DNA of 64,000 nucleotides, taken from NCBI GenBank assembly GCA_951406725.2, contig OX597814.1, positions 32,302,001-32,366,000 of the forward strand, in the 5' to 3' direction. How positions within the stretch are numbered: position 1 is the first letter of the stretch; each line of letters begins with the position of its first letter. Positions 1 through 13,380 of this stretch are shown here, piece after piece. The notes beneath the pieces are model-generated. The model made no database searches. It was given only the letters and a program-made list of their open reading frames with translations, and was not told the origin of the DNA. The stretch comes from Octopus vulgaris (taxonomy: Eukaryota). The translations under genes and the position numbers were made by a program.

Positions 1-354
1 GTTGTGTTTTAATTTCTTTTACAAACGGAAGGGATTTAAGTAAGGCATTCAATTCATTTTGTAGAGCATGTATTAATTTATTTAATGAGAAATGACTTCT
101 TATGAAATTACTTTTATTTTTGGTGGTGGGGTTGCATCCGTAGAGAAATTATATTTTCCCAGAATGATGGAGAGAATTTCTGCAAGTGCTCAATGAGCCT
201 CCTCTGTTGGTATTTGTATAGCCAACGCTGAATGGTTGGAGAGAGATAATATGCTGCAGAAACATTTGATCTCTCTAATCAAATCATCGGAACAAGTTGT
301 TCAACAAGAAGTTGTAGTGCCCTCATCTGTTTTCTCTCACAGGAGAGTTCACAA

Positions 355-672
355 TATATGAGCTTACGATCGTGAGGTTGTGAGCTCGAATCCCGGACCG
401 GGCTGCGTGTTGCGTTCTTGAGCAAAACACTTTATTTCACGTTGCTCCAGTTCACTCAGCTGTAGAAATGAGTTGCGACGTCACAGGTGCCAAGCTGTAT
501 CGGACCTTGCCTTTCCCTTGGACAACATCGGTGACGTGGAGAGGGGCGGCCGGTATGCATGGGCGACTGCTGGTCTTCCATAAAAAAAAACAACCTTGCC
601 CAGACTTGTGCCTCAGAGGGTAACTCTCTAGGTGCAAACCCATGGTCAGTGTCTGACCGAAGGGGGTCACCA
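355..672 (+). mobile_element. tRNA-derived SINE, head type D with CORE-like central domain, 5' eroded
   Basis: B-box-like GAGCTCGAATCCC, then gttcttgagcaaaacactttatttcacgttgctccagttcactcagctg, which is shared with copies at 8183 and 61170. Confidence 0.75.
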
Positions 673-691
673 TATATATATATATATATAT

Positions 692-1104
692 GAGTGGCTG
701 TTGGGTAAGTAGATTGCTTACGAAACATATGGTTCCGGGATTCAGTACCACTGCGTGGCACCTTGGGCAAGTGTCTTCTACTATAGCCTCGGGCCGACCA
801 AAGCCTTGTGTGTGGATTTGGTAGACGGAAATTGAAAGAAGCCCGTCGTATATATGTCTATATATATGGTGGTGGTGGGGGGTTATATGTTTCTGTGTAT
901 GTGTTTGTCCCCCCAACATCACTTGACAACCAATGCTGGTGTGTTTCCGTCCGCATAACTTAGAGGTTCGGCAAAAATCCGATAGAATAAATACTAGGCT
1001 TACAAAGAATAAGTCCTGGGGTCGATTTGGTCGACTTAAGCCGGTGCTGCAGCATGGTCACAATCAAATGACTGAAACAAGTAAAAGCATAAAAGAGTAA
1101 AAGA

Positions 1105-1106
<2 letters not shown>
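692..1106 (+). mobile_element. SINE family A (tRNA-like head, internal TA/TG microsatellite, (AAAAGAGT)n tail)
   Basis: Near-identical to 11 other copies in the window; gagtggctg..ggttccgggattcagt head, ccttgggcaagtgtcttct motif, gactgaaacaagtaaaag tail. Confidence 0.9.
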
Positions 1107-1136
<30 letters not shown>

Positions 1137-1139
1137 GAG

Positions 1140-2330
1140 CATACCCACACAATGTTTTAATTAACATAGTTGACATTGTCCTCAGACATCGGCCCTTTAG
1201 ATATTTTGTTATCTATGTCAACCGTAAAATGGGTGATATTCTAATCCATACTACATCTATCCTACGTCACTTGCTCGATTCCGATTTTATTACAAAACAT
1301 CTTTTTATCCAGAAAGAGAACACACCATACACGGAATTACCACCTCCTTCTATATAGCCGCTGTAGTGCAAGGACCTTATTTACAGCACAAGTTGCTAAC
1401 ATTATGATTTAAAGTATATCGGAATATCAGTGGATATTTAGCAGATCGTTTTAGAGATCAACGTTTAGACTTTCAATGAAACTACGTTATAAGAAACCGC
1501 CATGTAACCTGTAATTTCATTTCTTCTAGTCGTAGTTATGACAATCAAGTCTTCTACACTATTCGTTTTACACCATGGATTTCCTGCATCTCCCCTTTTG
1601 TGTGGAGTAACAATTTGTTAATAAACTCGTCCCCTTTCGCTAATAACAATATTTTCTCCTTAACACTCGTCACACTGATTATCATAGTCCTTGCACTTCA
1701 ATCTCCTCTCTTTCACATACACACACACATATGCACATACATACACATATACACACACATACACATATACACACACATACACACACTTACACGCACACAC
1801 ACACACACACCATCACACACCATAGTACCTTTCCATGGTACATAACACTTATTTGTTCAGCTCGTACAGCAAATCACATCATCGCTGTCTCTTTCAGCTT
1901 TCCAAAATTCTACACACATTCTCACTACATGCCCATTCATGCAACCCCACACGCTTACCCAGACAGATAAATGTATAATATACATATTTCTTATTTCTAA
2001 CCAATTTTTATTCATTTTGGTAGCTGTATAAAAGCCAATTCTAAACATTTCCGCTATAACAGCTACCGTTAAGCATCCACTGTGCTGGTTTTACTCCGAA
2101 TACACTACATTCCGCAATATAATCTATTAACGTACTTGAAGATGACCCCCTGTCCGAAAAGTAAAATTCTTATTTGTTCCTTCCACAGGGGGTACTTCTA
2201 TACTTTATACTTTTTCTTATTGTTTTTATGATTTTTCCAGAGACTTTTCTTATTTTACGTCTCAATAAATATTGTGTTAAAGCTATAATCGTCTAGTCTT
2301 CTATGAATCCATGAATAATTTTGCGCGTAT
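1140..2330 (+). mobile_element. Decayed Penelope-like element 3' region (GIY-YIG endonuclease remnant plus pseudo-LTR)
   Basis: Frameshifted KYIG (1412-1423) ... LADRFRDQRLD (1438-1470) resembles the PLE YIGET.R.L..RF.EH motif; half-HHR ttgaagatg-accccctgt...acagggggt at 2135-2193; flanked by TA runs. Confidence 0.55.
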
Positions 2331-2487
2331 GTATATATATATCTGTGTGTATTTGAGTGTGTGATACAGAGTGCATTAACTGATGATTTGTCAAAGACAA
2401 TATTCAGGTTAGGAAGGAAAAATTTCTATAGAGAATTATTGAACCTTTCTAGCCTTCTCAGTCTTTCTATTTATCTATCTGTCTCTC

Positions 2488-2830
2488 TTTACTCTTTTGC
2501 TCTTTTACTTGTTTCAGTCATTTGACTGCGGCCATGCTGGAGCACCGCCTTTAGTCGTGCAAATCGACCCCGGGACTTATTCTTTTTGTAAGCCCAGTAC
2601 TTATTCTATCGGTCTCTTTTTGCCGAACCGCGAAGTGACGGGGACGTAAACACACCAGCATCGGTTGTCAAGCAATGCTAGGGGTACAAACACAGACACA
2701 CAAACAACACACACACATACATATATATATATACATATATACGACAGGCTTCTTTCAGTTTCCGTCTACCAAATCCACTCACAAGGCATTGGTCGGCCCG
2801 GAGCTATAGCAGAAGACACTTGCCCAAGAT
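2488..2830 (-). mobile_element. SINE family A, 5'-truncated
   Basis: Reverse complement of family A body and tail. Confidence 0.9.
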
Positions 2831-2979
2831 ATCTATTATTTTACCTTCTTTCCTATCTCTAGCCTTAGTTCTATCTTGTTTTATCTCTCACCGTCATCAA
2901 CTCTGTCTTCTTGACTGTTTTTCTCCTTTCTCGCTCCACATTCTTTCCTCTTTCGACTCCTTAACTCGCAAAATCGTTA

Positions 2980-3175
2980 GCACACCAAACAAAATGCTTA
3001 ATGGCGTTTTGTCCAGTTTTATGTTCTGAGTCCAAATTTCGCCGAGGTCGTCTTTACCTTTCATCCTTTCGATGCTGAAGAAGCGAGAATCAGTTGAACA
3101 CTAGGGCCGACATAAAAGACTACCCCCCCCCTCTTCTAGAATTTCACCCCTTACGCCTATAGTTGAAAAGATCAT
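2980..3175 (+). mobile_element. SINE family B, diverged copy
   Basis: ttctgagtccaaatttcgccgaggtcgtctttacctttcatcctttcg matches the family B core. Confidence 0.7.
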
Positions 3176-4097
3176 TACAATAAGTAAAGCACCGGATAAA
3201 ATGCCTTTTCATTCGGAGTTCGAATCAAATTAAGATTGACTGTCTTCTTTCCAATGGAGTTAAAATAAATTCCAGTCTATAATTTCGCTTCACAGTCATT
3301 AGATGCCAGGTTAGATTCTAATTTGCATATTTAGCAAGAGTGTTTTACCAAAGCCTCGCTGGAAAGAAAGTATGAGAACTCATCGGATAGACTGCACCCA
3401 TAACTGACATTGTACCCGTAATGTCAGGGCTTTGTAATAAACATTGTTACTTTGTCTCTACCTGAGAACTACATAAAATATGCAATTGCATATGAAATGC
3501 TCAGTCACCAATACAGTGAAACGGAATGTGATGGGGTCCGATTTTCTTCAGGGCCTCCGAAACGGGTAGGCGAAAATATAAAAATTGCCTTTAAACTGGA
3601 GACCTAGCCCAAAGAATTGCAACTAAAATAACCCATCAAGACGATCCAGGAAGTGGTATCAAACCTAAAAACGTTTAAAGTCTACTACCGCCCATAAATA
3701 CATCCATAGAAAAATTATATTTTCCAAGAATGGAGAGAATTTCTGCAAGTGTTCAATGAGACTCCTCAGTTGGTATTTGTATAAATACAGAATGCAAAGT
3801 TTTCTAACATGGCCGTAAGGAATTTCGTCCGACGCTCTTAAAAGTTCAACCATTCCACCATAAAAACCGGTATTTAAACTTTTCGGCCGACAATGGAATG
3901 AAGACAAACTTAAACTTGTTAGGATTTGAACTCAGAGCGCTCAAAAGACAGAGCATATATCTAACAACAATCTAATTTGCATGGTATAAACATGTCAGTT
4001 TCAAGGCGGAAATATCGGCCTGAATTAAAATGATATAGAGTGTTTATATATTTGGTTTTGTGCACGTGTTTCTTTGAATGTGTATGTGGTGGTGGAA

Positions 4098-4471
4098 GCA
4101 CTCCGTCGGTTACGACGATGAGGGTTCCGGTTGATCCGATCAACGGAACAGCCTGCTCGTGAAATTAACGTGTAAGTGGCTGAGCACTCCACAGACACGT
4201 GTACCCTTAACGTAGTTCTCGGGGATACTCAGCGTGACACAGAGAGTGACAAGGCCGGCCCTTTGAAATACAGGTACAACAGAAACAGGAAGTAAGAGTG
4301 AGAGAAAGTTGTGGTGAAAGAGTACAGCAGGGATCAGCACCATCCCTGCCGGAGCCTCGTGGAGCTTTTAGATGTTTTCGCTCAATAAACACACACAACG
4401 CCCGGTCTGAGAATCGAAACCGCGATCCTACGACCGCGAGTCCGCTGCTCTAACCACTGGGCCATTGCGCC
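4098..4471 (-). mobile_element. SINE family C (tRNA-derived head, tail type 1)
   Basis: Minus strand ggcgcaatggcccagtggttagagcagcggactcgcggtcgtaggatcgcggtttcgattc carries A and B boxes; near-identical to copies at 18728 and 38466. Confidence 0.9.
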
Positions 4472-5206
4472 GTGTGTAAGTTATGTTTGGGTGTGTTACA
4501 GAGATGGAAAGAAGGGTAGAGGAGGAGGAGATTCATCGTGTTAGCAGTTGTTTTTATGTGAAGAATAGTGGGAATAAAGGAAAGGGACAGGGAAGAATAA
4601 CGAATGTAATTCTGAAAGGGATGGAGCTTGTGAGACAGTCACCGTCATTGATTTCGTAGCTGTTCCTGTGTATGTGTTTGTGTTTCTGTGCGTGTGGGGG
4701 TGTGCGCGCTTGTGTGTGCAAGCATGCGTGTGTGCACATGAGTGTTTGAGACCAAGCTTGTGCAAGTATGTGCGTGCGTTTGGAAGTGCAAAAATGATAG
4801 AGAGAGATTATAGGTTGTTAGCAAAGGCTTTGGCATGTTCGTATAAGCATAACAGTGAGTCGGAAATCAGAGAGAAAGAGGTGTGAGGCATAAACAGAAA
4901 ACTAACGACCAACTGAATTGTATGTGAAAGAAAGGAGAGAGAAAATAAAAAATTCTGTGTGCGAGAACGCGTGTATGTGTGTGTATGTGTGCGTATACGC
5001 CTGTGTATGTGTATGTGTGTGTATGTTAGTGTATGAAAGACAGAGATCAATTACGAGTTAGTGTGTGCGTATGTCAGACAGAGGATACATCTGCGTGAAA
5101 GACAAGAATAAGAGAGGGAATGAGAAAGTGTGAGGGAATGTATAGAAGAGAGAGAGAGACATTGTAGTGTGTTCCTGTATCAGCGTGTGTGTCTGGAAGA
5201 TGGACT

Positions 5207-5237
<31 letters not shown>

Positions 5238-5718
5238 GGAGGGAGGAGAAAGTAAAGGTCAGTCGGCGCAACGGCGAAAGACTAAATACGTGTTTACGGA
5301 ATAGACAATTCGAATGAAAATAGGCGAGGGCTTAGCTGTGTGGAAATGAACTTCGCTTTTCAATCATGTGGTTTCAAGTTCAGTCTCACTGCGCAGTAGT
5401 TTGAACTATGATACTTTTTTGCGCTTGGGCCCAAAATTTAGTGGTTGGAAACAATTTACAGATTCATCATATGTGTGTGTGTGTGTGTGTGTGTGTACCT
5501 TTCTGGCACTCCGTCGGTTTCTACGTTGACTGCTGATCGGTTACTACGTTGACTGCTGATCCCAAAATTAACATGCAAGTGAAATTATCATGCAACTAGC
5601 CAAGCACTCCGCAGGTATGCAAACCCACAACTTTACGATCATGAGCTGCATACGCTAACCACTATTCCACGTGCCTTCATGTGTGTGTGTGAATGCTCAT
5701 GTGGTTTTATGAAAAACA

Positions 5719-5757
<39 letters not shown>

Positions 5758-7035
5758 GTGAGAGTGCGTGTTTGCGTTTGCTTCACACCACCTATCAACC
5801 AGTGTTCGTGTGTTTATGTACAGATAATATCCAGAAAAAAAAAAGCTGGATTAAGTTGGGGATTTTAAAGCATAAGTAGTAAGGTCGTTTCCATCGACTA
5901 AACTCGTCAAGGCATCTCTAAAAGACAAGAGTGCAGAATCAGAGTCCGAACATCACAATATGCGGCCGCGAAATTTTTAGTAACGTAGAGCTGTGTCAAC
6001 AAGTCATTCTGTTATAAAAATATACACATAAGCACACACACACACACACGCGCGCGCGCACGCTCATACACACACAGAGGGAGAGAGAGAGAGAGAGAGA
6101 GGGGGTGAAGGAAAGATTGCTTGCATCAAAGAAAAAAAATTAAGTTGAAAGTCTACACATACTTTTTAGTACAGGTATATGTGTGTGCATGCGTGCCTGT
6201 GTTTGTGCATATTTTTACATAAAAATAAAAATGAGACAAACAGACAGACAGACAGATACTGAAAATATGTATCCGTGTACGATACTGGAAGTGCATGTGA
6301 ACGTGTAAACGTGTGAATATCTGCTTTTTCCACAAATATCTATATTCCCTAAAATATCACTAAGTGGAAAGAAGTCCAAAATCGAGAAGGAGGAAAACCG
6401 AACCAATTAAATATAATAACTGACTTGGTTCAGAGTACAAATCTACATGGTTATTTTTAGAGTTGTTTAGCCGCAAAAGACATAATCGTGCAAACCAATG
6501 CTCAAGGTATTCCCTTTATGACCATTTTGCCTCTTTTGGGTTTTTTCTACCTAATGTGTCCTCTTCCATTTTCTGATGGCATCGAACTATAACAATGAGA
6601 CTTGGTTTTTATAGCTAACAAATCAAATGACCATGTCGAGCTTCTTCGTTGATTAAGCTGATTACAGTGTGGCCGACTAAATCGTTTATTGGATCCAGTA
6701 AAAATATGAGTGGAGTCTAGATCAATCACTTACATGATATCTCTCGCAAAACAACTAGACTCCTGCTTGATTAAAAACAAATGAAAATATAAATATACTT
6801 ATGTGTGTGTATGTATGTGTGTGTGTGTAGAGAGAGAGAGAGGGGGAGAGAGAGAAAGAGGGAAGGAGAGAAACGACGGACAAGCAATTAATTGAATTAA
6901 TTATAGATGACAGTAATTCATTTATATTGGATATTCCTTATACTTATTCATATTACAAGATGAAACCAATCCTTTTACACTCATTCTTCTGAAGAAAATA
7001 TTCGGCATTTCCAGTTTGAATATATAGACATATCA

Positions 7036-7249
7036 TACTCTTTACTCTTTTACTCTTTTACTTGTTTCAGTCATTAATCGCCTTTAATCGAGCAACTCGA
7101 ACCCCGGGACTTATTCTTTTGTAAGGCCAGTACTTATTTTATCGGTCTCTTTTGCCGAACCGCTAAGTAACGGGGACATAAACACACCAGCATCGGTTGT
7201 CAAGCAATGCTAGGGGACAAACACAGACACACAAACACACACACACACA

Positions 7250-7291
<42 letters not shown>

Positions 7292-7440
7292 TACGACGGA
7301 CTTCTTTCAGTTTCCGTCTACCAAATCCACTCACAAGGCTTTGGTCGGCCCGAGGCTATAGTAGAAGACACTTGCCCAAGGTGCCACGCAGTGGGACTGA
7401 ACCCGGAACCATGTAGTTGGTAGACAAGCTACTTACCACA
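7036..7440 (-). mobile_element. SINE family A
   Basis: Near full-length reverse-strand copy. Confidence 0.9.
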
Positions 7441-8182
7441 CTGTGAGTCACTAATCTATAGGACACTGCTGTTTAGATATATAACAAGAACGGCTGTTTG
7501 AATCTCGTTCTTCTGTCTTCTTGGTCCATGTCTGTTTTGCATGTGTCACAATTATGGATATCCTTGCCCAAAACCTGATTGCTAGTGATTTTGTTGCTTT
7601 GTTTCGATTTATTTAGTACTCTCTAGCTGTCTGCTGCTTGAACATACGGTACTGTGCCTATATAATTCTTAAGCAGAAAACTGGTTCACATGGCATCAGA
7701 TCTTGTCATAAAAACCAGCGATCTTGTACAAAGTATGTTTGCGAGCCAGCTATCTTCGTTGTCGTCTATATCGTAGACACAAGACCATATTCTGCTTTTT
7801 TATCTATAACTATGGTCTTCGACAGATACTATGTAACCGAGCTAACTGAGAACTGGCAGTAGTTGTGAGTAAGGGTTAATTTCACACTGTAAAACTCCTA
7901 AACTTCCGAGTTGAAGCCTCTCCACTTAATGATTTATGCATTTAAACACACTACATTTAATACACAAATGGTCTAGCTACAAAACTGGGGTGTCCCCCTC
8001 AAGACTAGCGATATCCTTACACTTCCCAGTCAGGCATACTGAACATACCCATTACTTCTCATTCAATCATTTCTCGTCTCTTTCATCTTTCATTCAAGAT
8101 ACCATGCTCTTTTCTCTGTACAAGTAAAAACCATCCTCTCTATTTATGTTTTCTCTAACGTTAAACGTTATCGCTAGCCGGG

Positions 8183-8506
8183 TGAGGGCACGTGGCTTAG
8201 TGGTTAGGGCATTCGGCTCATGATCGTAAGGTTATGAGTTCGATTCCCGGTGACGCGTTTTGTCCTTGAGCAAGACATTTTATTTCACGTTGCTCCAGTC
8301 CACTCAGCTGGTAAAAATGAGTAGTACCTGTATTTCAAAAAAGTGTCAGCCTTGTCACACTCTGTGTCACGCTGAATGTCCCTGAGAACTACGTTAAGGG
8401 TACACGTGTCTGTGGAATGCTCAGCCACTTGCACGTTAATTTCACTAGCAAGCTGTTCCGTTGATCGTATCAGCTGGGGCCCTCGTCGTCGTAACCGACG
8501 GAGTGT
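8183..8506 (+). mobile_element. Chimeric SINE: type D head and CORE-like domain joined to family C tail type 1
   Basis: A box gtggcttagtggttagg, B box gagttcgattccc, ccttgagcaagacattttatttcacg, then gtacctgtatttcaaa...ccgacggagtg matching the tail of the 4098 copy. Confidence 0.85.
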
Positions 8507-10369
8507 TCCTATCGCTAGGAGGAGCCATAAGCAAAACAAATGTCATAAAAGTCTGCCACGTTCTTTTATTTTACCTTTGTCTTTTTTGAAGCATCTATTC
8601 AAGCCTTTTGTACATTCAGTGCAAATCTCACCATAGTTTATTCAGGTGGTAGACTTGATATGTTGTCATTTTTAAGGCCACCACCTGACATCTTGGATAA
8701 TTTCACTGGAGTCAACTTCAGTGCACGCAGATCTCCAGTTTAAGAATATTTTCTCCTTAGCATTCTCCAAGAACTTGTACAGGGTCATGGTCATTGCCTT
8801 CCTTCCAGAATAAAAAGCAAAAATAAACCCGTAAAGCAAGAGTCAAAGTTAAATATGCTTTCCTTCATTTAGAGGTAAATTTTGGGTCCATGAAAAATAT
8901 ACTGTTAAACATATGAACCTCTGTCCAACCACCTAACTTTTCCATCCACTGTTTCTCGGAGGGTCGTTGGAGTAGAATACAGAGGCACCTCCACTATCAG
9001 AACTACCATCATAACAGTTCTCGGCTGTTTTATCCAACCGTCTCCTTCTGCTAGTTTGCTCAACTTGAAAAAACCGTCCTATCAACCTTTCTATTTTTCT
9101 AGTTCATGTCCCGCCTTTGTTTTCCGCTCCCTGACAAGAGGGTGTTAGTTGATACAATAAGTACAAGTCATTTACTGTGGTTAATTAACTCGTTTGTACA
9201 CCATAGATATCTATGTGTGTGTGAGCTTCGCCTAATGGAAAAAAATGTTCTTCTGTATATCCTTACAAAAGATGCACGTGTGTTTGAGATTGTATTATTA
9301 TACACGTTCATCTGTGAGTGTATGTGCGTGTGTATGTGTGTGTGTGTGTATGTGTGTGTGTGTGTGTTCATATAGGTGATTATGTGAATCTATGATAAGA
9401 AACTATTATTTAAAATAGTAGTTCATTCGTATTAGTTAATGCGTTCTTTCACATATTATAATTCACTGCATAAGTAATAAATAACGTATTATTAAGTGTA
9501 GAGCTTAAAGTATTAAACAGCAGTTAATTTAACGTATTATTTAGTATATTATATTCCATATTATCGCATTACATAAGTATAACTTAATATATTTCTTGAT
9601 CTATTACATAACAAGTAGCTTAACATAACTTAACGGATTATATAAGTATTTGTTAATGTATCGATTACCGTAATGTATTTAATGCATTACTCAAAATTGT
9701 TAATTAATATAAAAACATTAGCTATTAATAAATGTATTACATAACTTATTACCTAACCTGTTGGCTAATGTATTGCTTATAGAATAGAATATAGTTTCCC
9801 CCACTTCCTTCTCGCGCGCTTTTTCCCTCCCTCCAACTCCTTCTCTAAAGTAGCATGAATGCTGTCAATCTCCTTTTTCTTTCTCCTTACCCCTCTCTCT
9901 CTCTTTCTATATCTGTTTTCATCCGTAACTCCTCATACGCCTTTATCTCTCTTTCTCCATATCTTCTCTTTATCTCTACTTTTGTATTATCATTTACCCG
10001 CCTGCTCAGTCACTAATTCTTGCAACAGTAGTAGTAGCAGCAACAGCAGTGGTAATTGTTGTTTTATCGCCTATATTCCATCCTCTCTTTTACTCATTCC
10101 CTGTCTTTCTTTCACACAATCTCATCAAATACTCAAACATTACTTTCATTCATTTCTCCTGTCTAATACTATTTCTAGACAAAGACCTTACACACAGACA
10201 CAGAGACGCACAATAAATATTTATACAATACTTACACATCCTCTGTCTACATCTCCGGTCCCTCTCTGTCATTTTCTCTCGCTCCACTCACTCTCCCCCT
10301 TCATCCATACACGCGAAAATATATGTAAATGTCTGAAGGAACTTATTTTATAATTGACTCTAATTTTCG

Positions 10370-10580
10370 CACAAGACTAGCATTTGTTGGCGAGGGTGTG
10401 GACAGCTGGGTTAATCAATTACAAGAAACCCAATACTTGTCTAGTACTATATTTTATCGACACACAAAAGAATGAAAAGCAAAGTTGATGTCGGCGGTTT
10501 TTGAACTCAGAACGTAAAGAGCCAGAAGAAATACCACTATGCATCTTGTCCAACACGGTACCGATCCTTCCAACGCAATG
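10370..10580 (-). mobile_element. SINE family B, diverged
   Basis: gaatgaaaagcaaagttgatgtcggcggtttttgaactcagaacgt. Confidence 0.65.
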
Positions 10581-10599
10581 CTTTGTGTTTATAATTAAT

Positions 10600-10690
10600 T
10601 AAACGATCTCCTGGGGCTAAAAGCTACAGTAACACCCACCCTTAGTGGTTAGCCATATTGAGATGGCTAGTATACTTTACGTTAAATGAT
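10600..10690 (+). mobile_element. Fragment of non-autonomous Helitron
   Basis: aagctacagtaacaccc..gtggttagccatattgagatggcta is shared with the 40124-40520 element. Confidence 0.6.
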
Positions 10691-11245
10691 TTTTGTTTTA
10701 AGTATTTTTTTTTCTTTTTGCGGGGCAGTAGTTTGAAATATAATGTAAAATATAGCATTTAAATAAACGCACAAAATATAGTCTCGTTTTGTAAGAGAAC
10801 CGAAAAAGAAAATCCTATGATACAATGATTATATATTTTTCACTGAGGATAAGTAATAACATGGTTATCCAAGAAAACACATTAAAATTACTTAAGCGTA
10901 AAAGCGGAATATAACAGAATAGTTAAGAGGCTCACACTGCACCACCAGATCTGGGTTCCAATCCCATAGTGTAGCATCATGTACAGATGTCATTTTCTAA
11001 AGCTATGTCGACCCGTAATTCGTTAGTGAAATTACTTAGAAGTCCAGCGGATGGGGCGTATTTATCATTTAGTCATAGCCTTGTGACTCGTTGACCCATG
11101 TTCATTCTGCTTGAGAATTAAGATCACTATAGTGTCTGTAGCATGCGCAACAACTTACAAGCTAATATAATGTACAAGAAATTCACGTGATCGAACTGAA
11201 TTCTCATGGTCAAAATCGATGGAGAAGCATCGATACATATTATAT

Positions 11246-11300
11246 ATGAGGGGGTGCTGAAAAGTTCCTGGTTTTGGGTAAAAGAAAACTTCCAAGGACT
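11246..11300 (+). mobile_element. mariner-like terminal inverted repeat remnant
   Basis: ta-tgagggggtgctgaaaagttcctgg resembles a mariner TIR; no partner end found. Confidence 0.4.
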
Positions 11301-11765
11301 CATGTTTTATTTTGGAGATTTCCTTTTCCTAGATAGATTGCCAGCCAAAGTTAAAGAGAGGAGCAGCTCATACATACATAAAAAAGTAAGATATGTAATT
11401 TTTTTTTTAATGTAAGAGATGTACATATATATGCGTATATGTACATATATACGTATATGTGTGTGTGTATATATATATGTATATATATGTACAAAAACGT
11501 ACTGAAATAGAGTCAAAAGATGAGATTCTCAACATAGAAAACACTTGTAGCGCTAAAAGTATTTGAACTTACACTAAGAAACATTTACTGAGTAACAAGT
11601 CCGCTGAGGAAAGAGTGGCAACAATAGGAATTCAAGTGAGCAAATATGGTGACAATGATGCAAATGAACAAATAAAACTACTGGGGTATAATATACAACA
11701 CACACTCGCACACGTAAATCGAGAGAAAGCAGAGAATGAACATTTTCAAACGATGAATATTCAAG

Positions 11766-11796
<31 letters not shown>

Positions 11797-11798
11797 AA

Positions 11799-11888
<90 letters not shown>

Positions 11889-11889
11889 G

Positions 11890-11996
11890 GGGGGGCAATG
11901 GCAGCGGACTCGTGGTTTCGATTCCCAGACCGGGCGTTGTAAGTGTCTAGTGAGCGAAAACACCTAAAGCTCCACGGTCACGGTGATCACGGTGAT
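11890..11996 (+). mobile_element. SINE family C, internally deleted (head plus tail type 3 end)
   Basis: ggcaatgg-cagcggactcg-tggtttcgattcccagaccggg..., ending ggtcacggtgatcacggtgat like the 35130 copy. Confidence 0.75.
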
Positions 11997-12009
11997 ATAT
12001 ATGTATGTA

Positions 12010-12682
12010 TATATATATATATATAACTCAACTTGTGTGTCTGTGTGTGTATCTGTGTGTGTGTCTGTGTGTTTAACTTCCCGGCACATCTCCTCCTAGC
12101 CAACAAATCGTAGAACCACAAAAAATGGGTCACTTAAATTTAGGCGAATGAAAATTGAACTGCGCTATTTCTGTTCTGAAATTAATTCTCGCAAGTGCAA
12201 AAATCGATAATGTGTTTGTTTAGGCCTTATCCCATGCATTGAATAGGGAACATTACTCAGTCAGTTGTTTGACGTGAACTGTGTTCACCACGCGTGCAAG
12301 CATGCGTAAATTGCATGAAAAATAAAAAATCAAGATATAAAAACGAATCGCCGTAAATATTGTAGAAATTCGGCAAAAAAATAAATTTTGGGGATGTAGC
12401 CTGGAGGGTTTTTTCGTATTAATCATTTGGACTTTGTGAACACATACCAATTGTTTTCATAAAATTTTTAACTCTTTGAATTAAATGTGACCATTTTGCG
12501 TTGAGTCTGCAGTTTGAATCATTTTAACCAAATTTTAGCAGGCCGGATTTTTGATCATCACGATACATTGCCAGCGACTCCCTGAAACTCTCCCCTGAAA
12601 TCCCGGTTGAGAAATCTATATATATAAAACTCAACTTGGGTGTCTGTGTGTGTATCTGTGTGTGTGTCTGTGTGTTTAACTT
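12010..12682 (+). mobile_element. Probable Helitron-derived repeat with duplicated 5' end
   Basis: aactcaacttg(t/g)gtgtctgtgtgtgtatctgtg...gtttaactt occurs at about 12024 and 12627; the second copy begins a-TCtatatatataaaa like the adjacent Helitron. Confidence 0.5.
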
Positions 12683-12732
12683 TTGGATCTACCAAGTTTC
12701 ATTATTAAGGATGGAAAGTAGTGTGTAGCAAA

Positions 12733-13121
12733 TCTATATATATATATAAAGCTGAAGTTGTCTGTGTGTGGCAGGTTTGGTAGCCTTCAACTAACACTGT
12801 CTCCTTCGAGACCCTGCAGCGCAAGTTGACCAAAATTAAGAGTATGATAGAAGAAAGCTTGCTCTTCATTCTGATGAAGATATAATTCAAATCGGACCAT
12901 GCTAAGACCAAAAATTATTTAAATCAAAAAGGTGCCTTTTTTCTATGAAAATCCCTAGTTTTTACGATTTTTGACTGCTGTGTCACCATTTTTCGGTGTA
13001 TTTCAACAGGAAAAATGTTCACTTGAAGAGAATAACAAGTTGCATAATGCAAAATTTTTACTTTTCAAAAATTCCAATTCTAAAGGGTCGAAACCCAAAC
13101 AACACCGGGTGATACTGCTAG
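12733..13121 (+). mobile_element. Non-autonomous Helitron
   Basis: 5' a|TC start, 3' accc...cgggt hairpin followed by gatactgCTAG|t; same termini as 40124-40520. Confidence 0.75.
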
Positions 13122-13134
13122 TATATATATATAC

Positions 13135-13169
<35 letters not shown>

Positions 13170-13170
<1 letters not shown>

Positions 13171-13380
13171 TGGTTTCAAATTTTGGTACAAGGCCAGTAA
13201 CTTCAGGGCAGGGGTAAGTCAATTACAACAACTGCAGTGCTCATCTAGTTCTTATTTTATCGACCCCGAAATAATGAAAAGTAAAGTCGACCTCGGTGGA
13301 CTTTGAACTCAGAACGTAAAGGACGAAGTGCCGCTAAGTATTTTCACAGCATGCTAATGTTTGCCACTGCTCGCCGTCTT
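13170..13380 (-). mobile_element. SINE family B, diverged
   Basis: aaagtcgacctcggtggactttgaactcagaacgt core. Confidence 0.75.

Noticed and set aside
143-220. Segment of about 80 bp repeated at about 3708-3783
   Set aside because: The similarity is real, but it is most likely fragments of an old dispersed repeat with no structure of note.
7450-9000. Decayed retroelement on the minus strand (KNYIG at about 7660)
   Set aside because: A single short motif; the sequence looks coding-derived but I cannot assign it.
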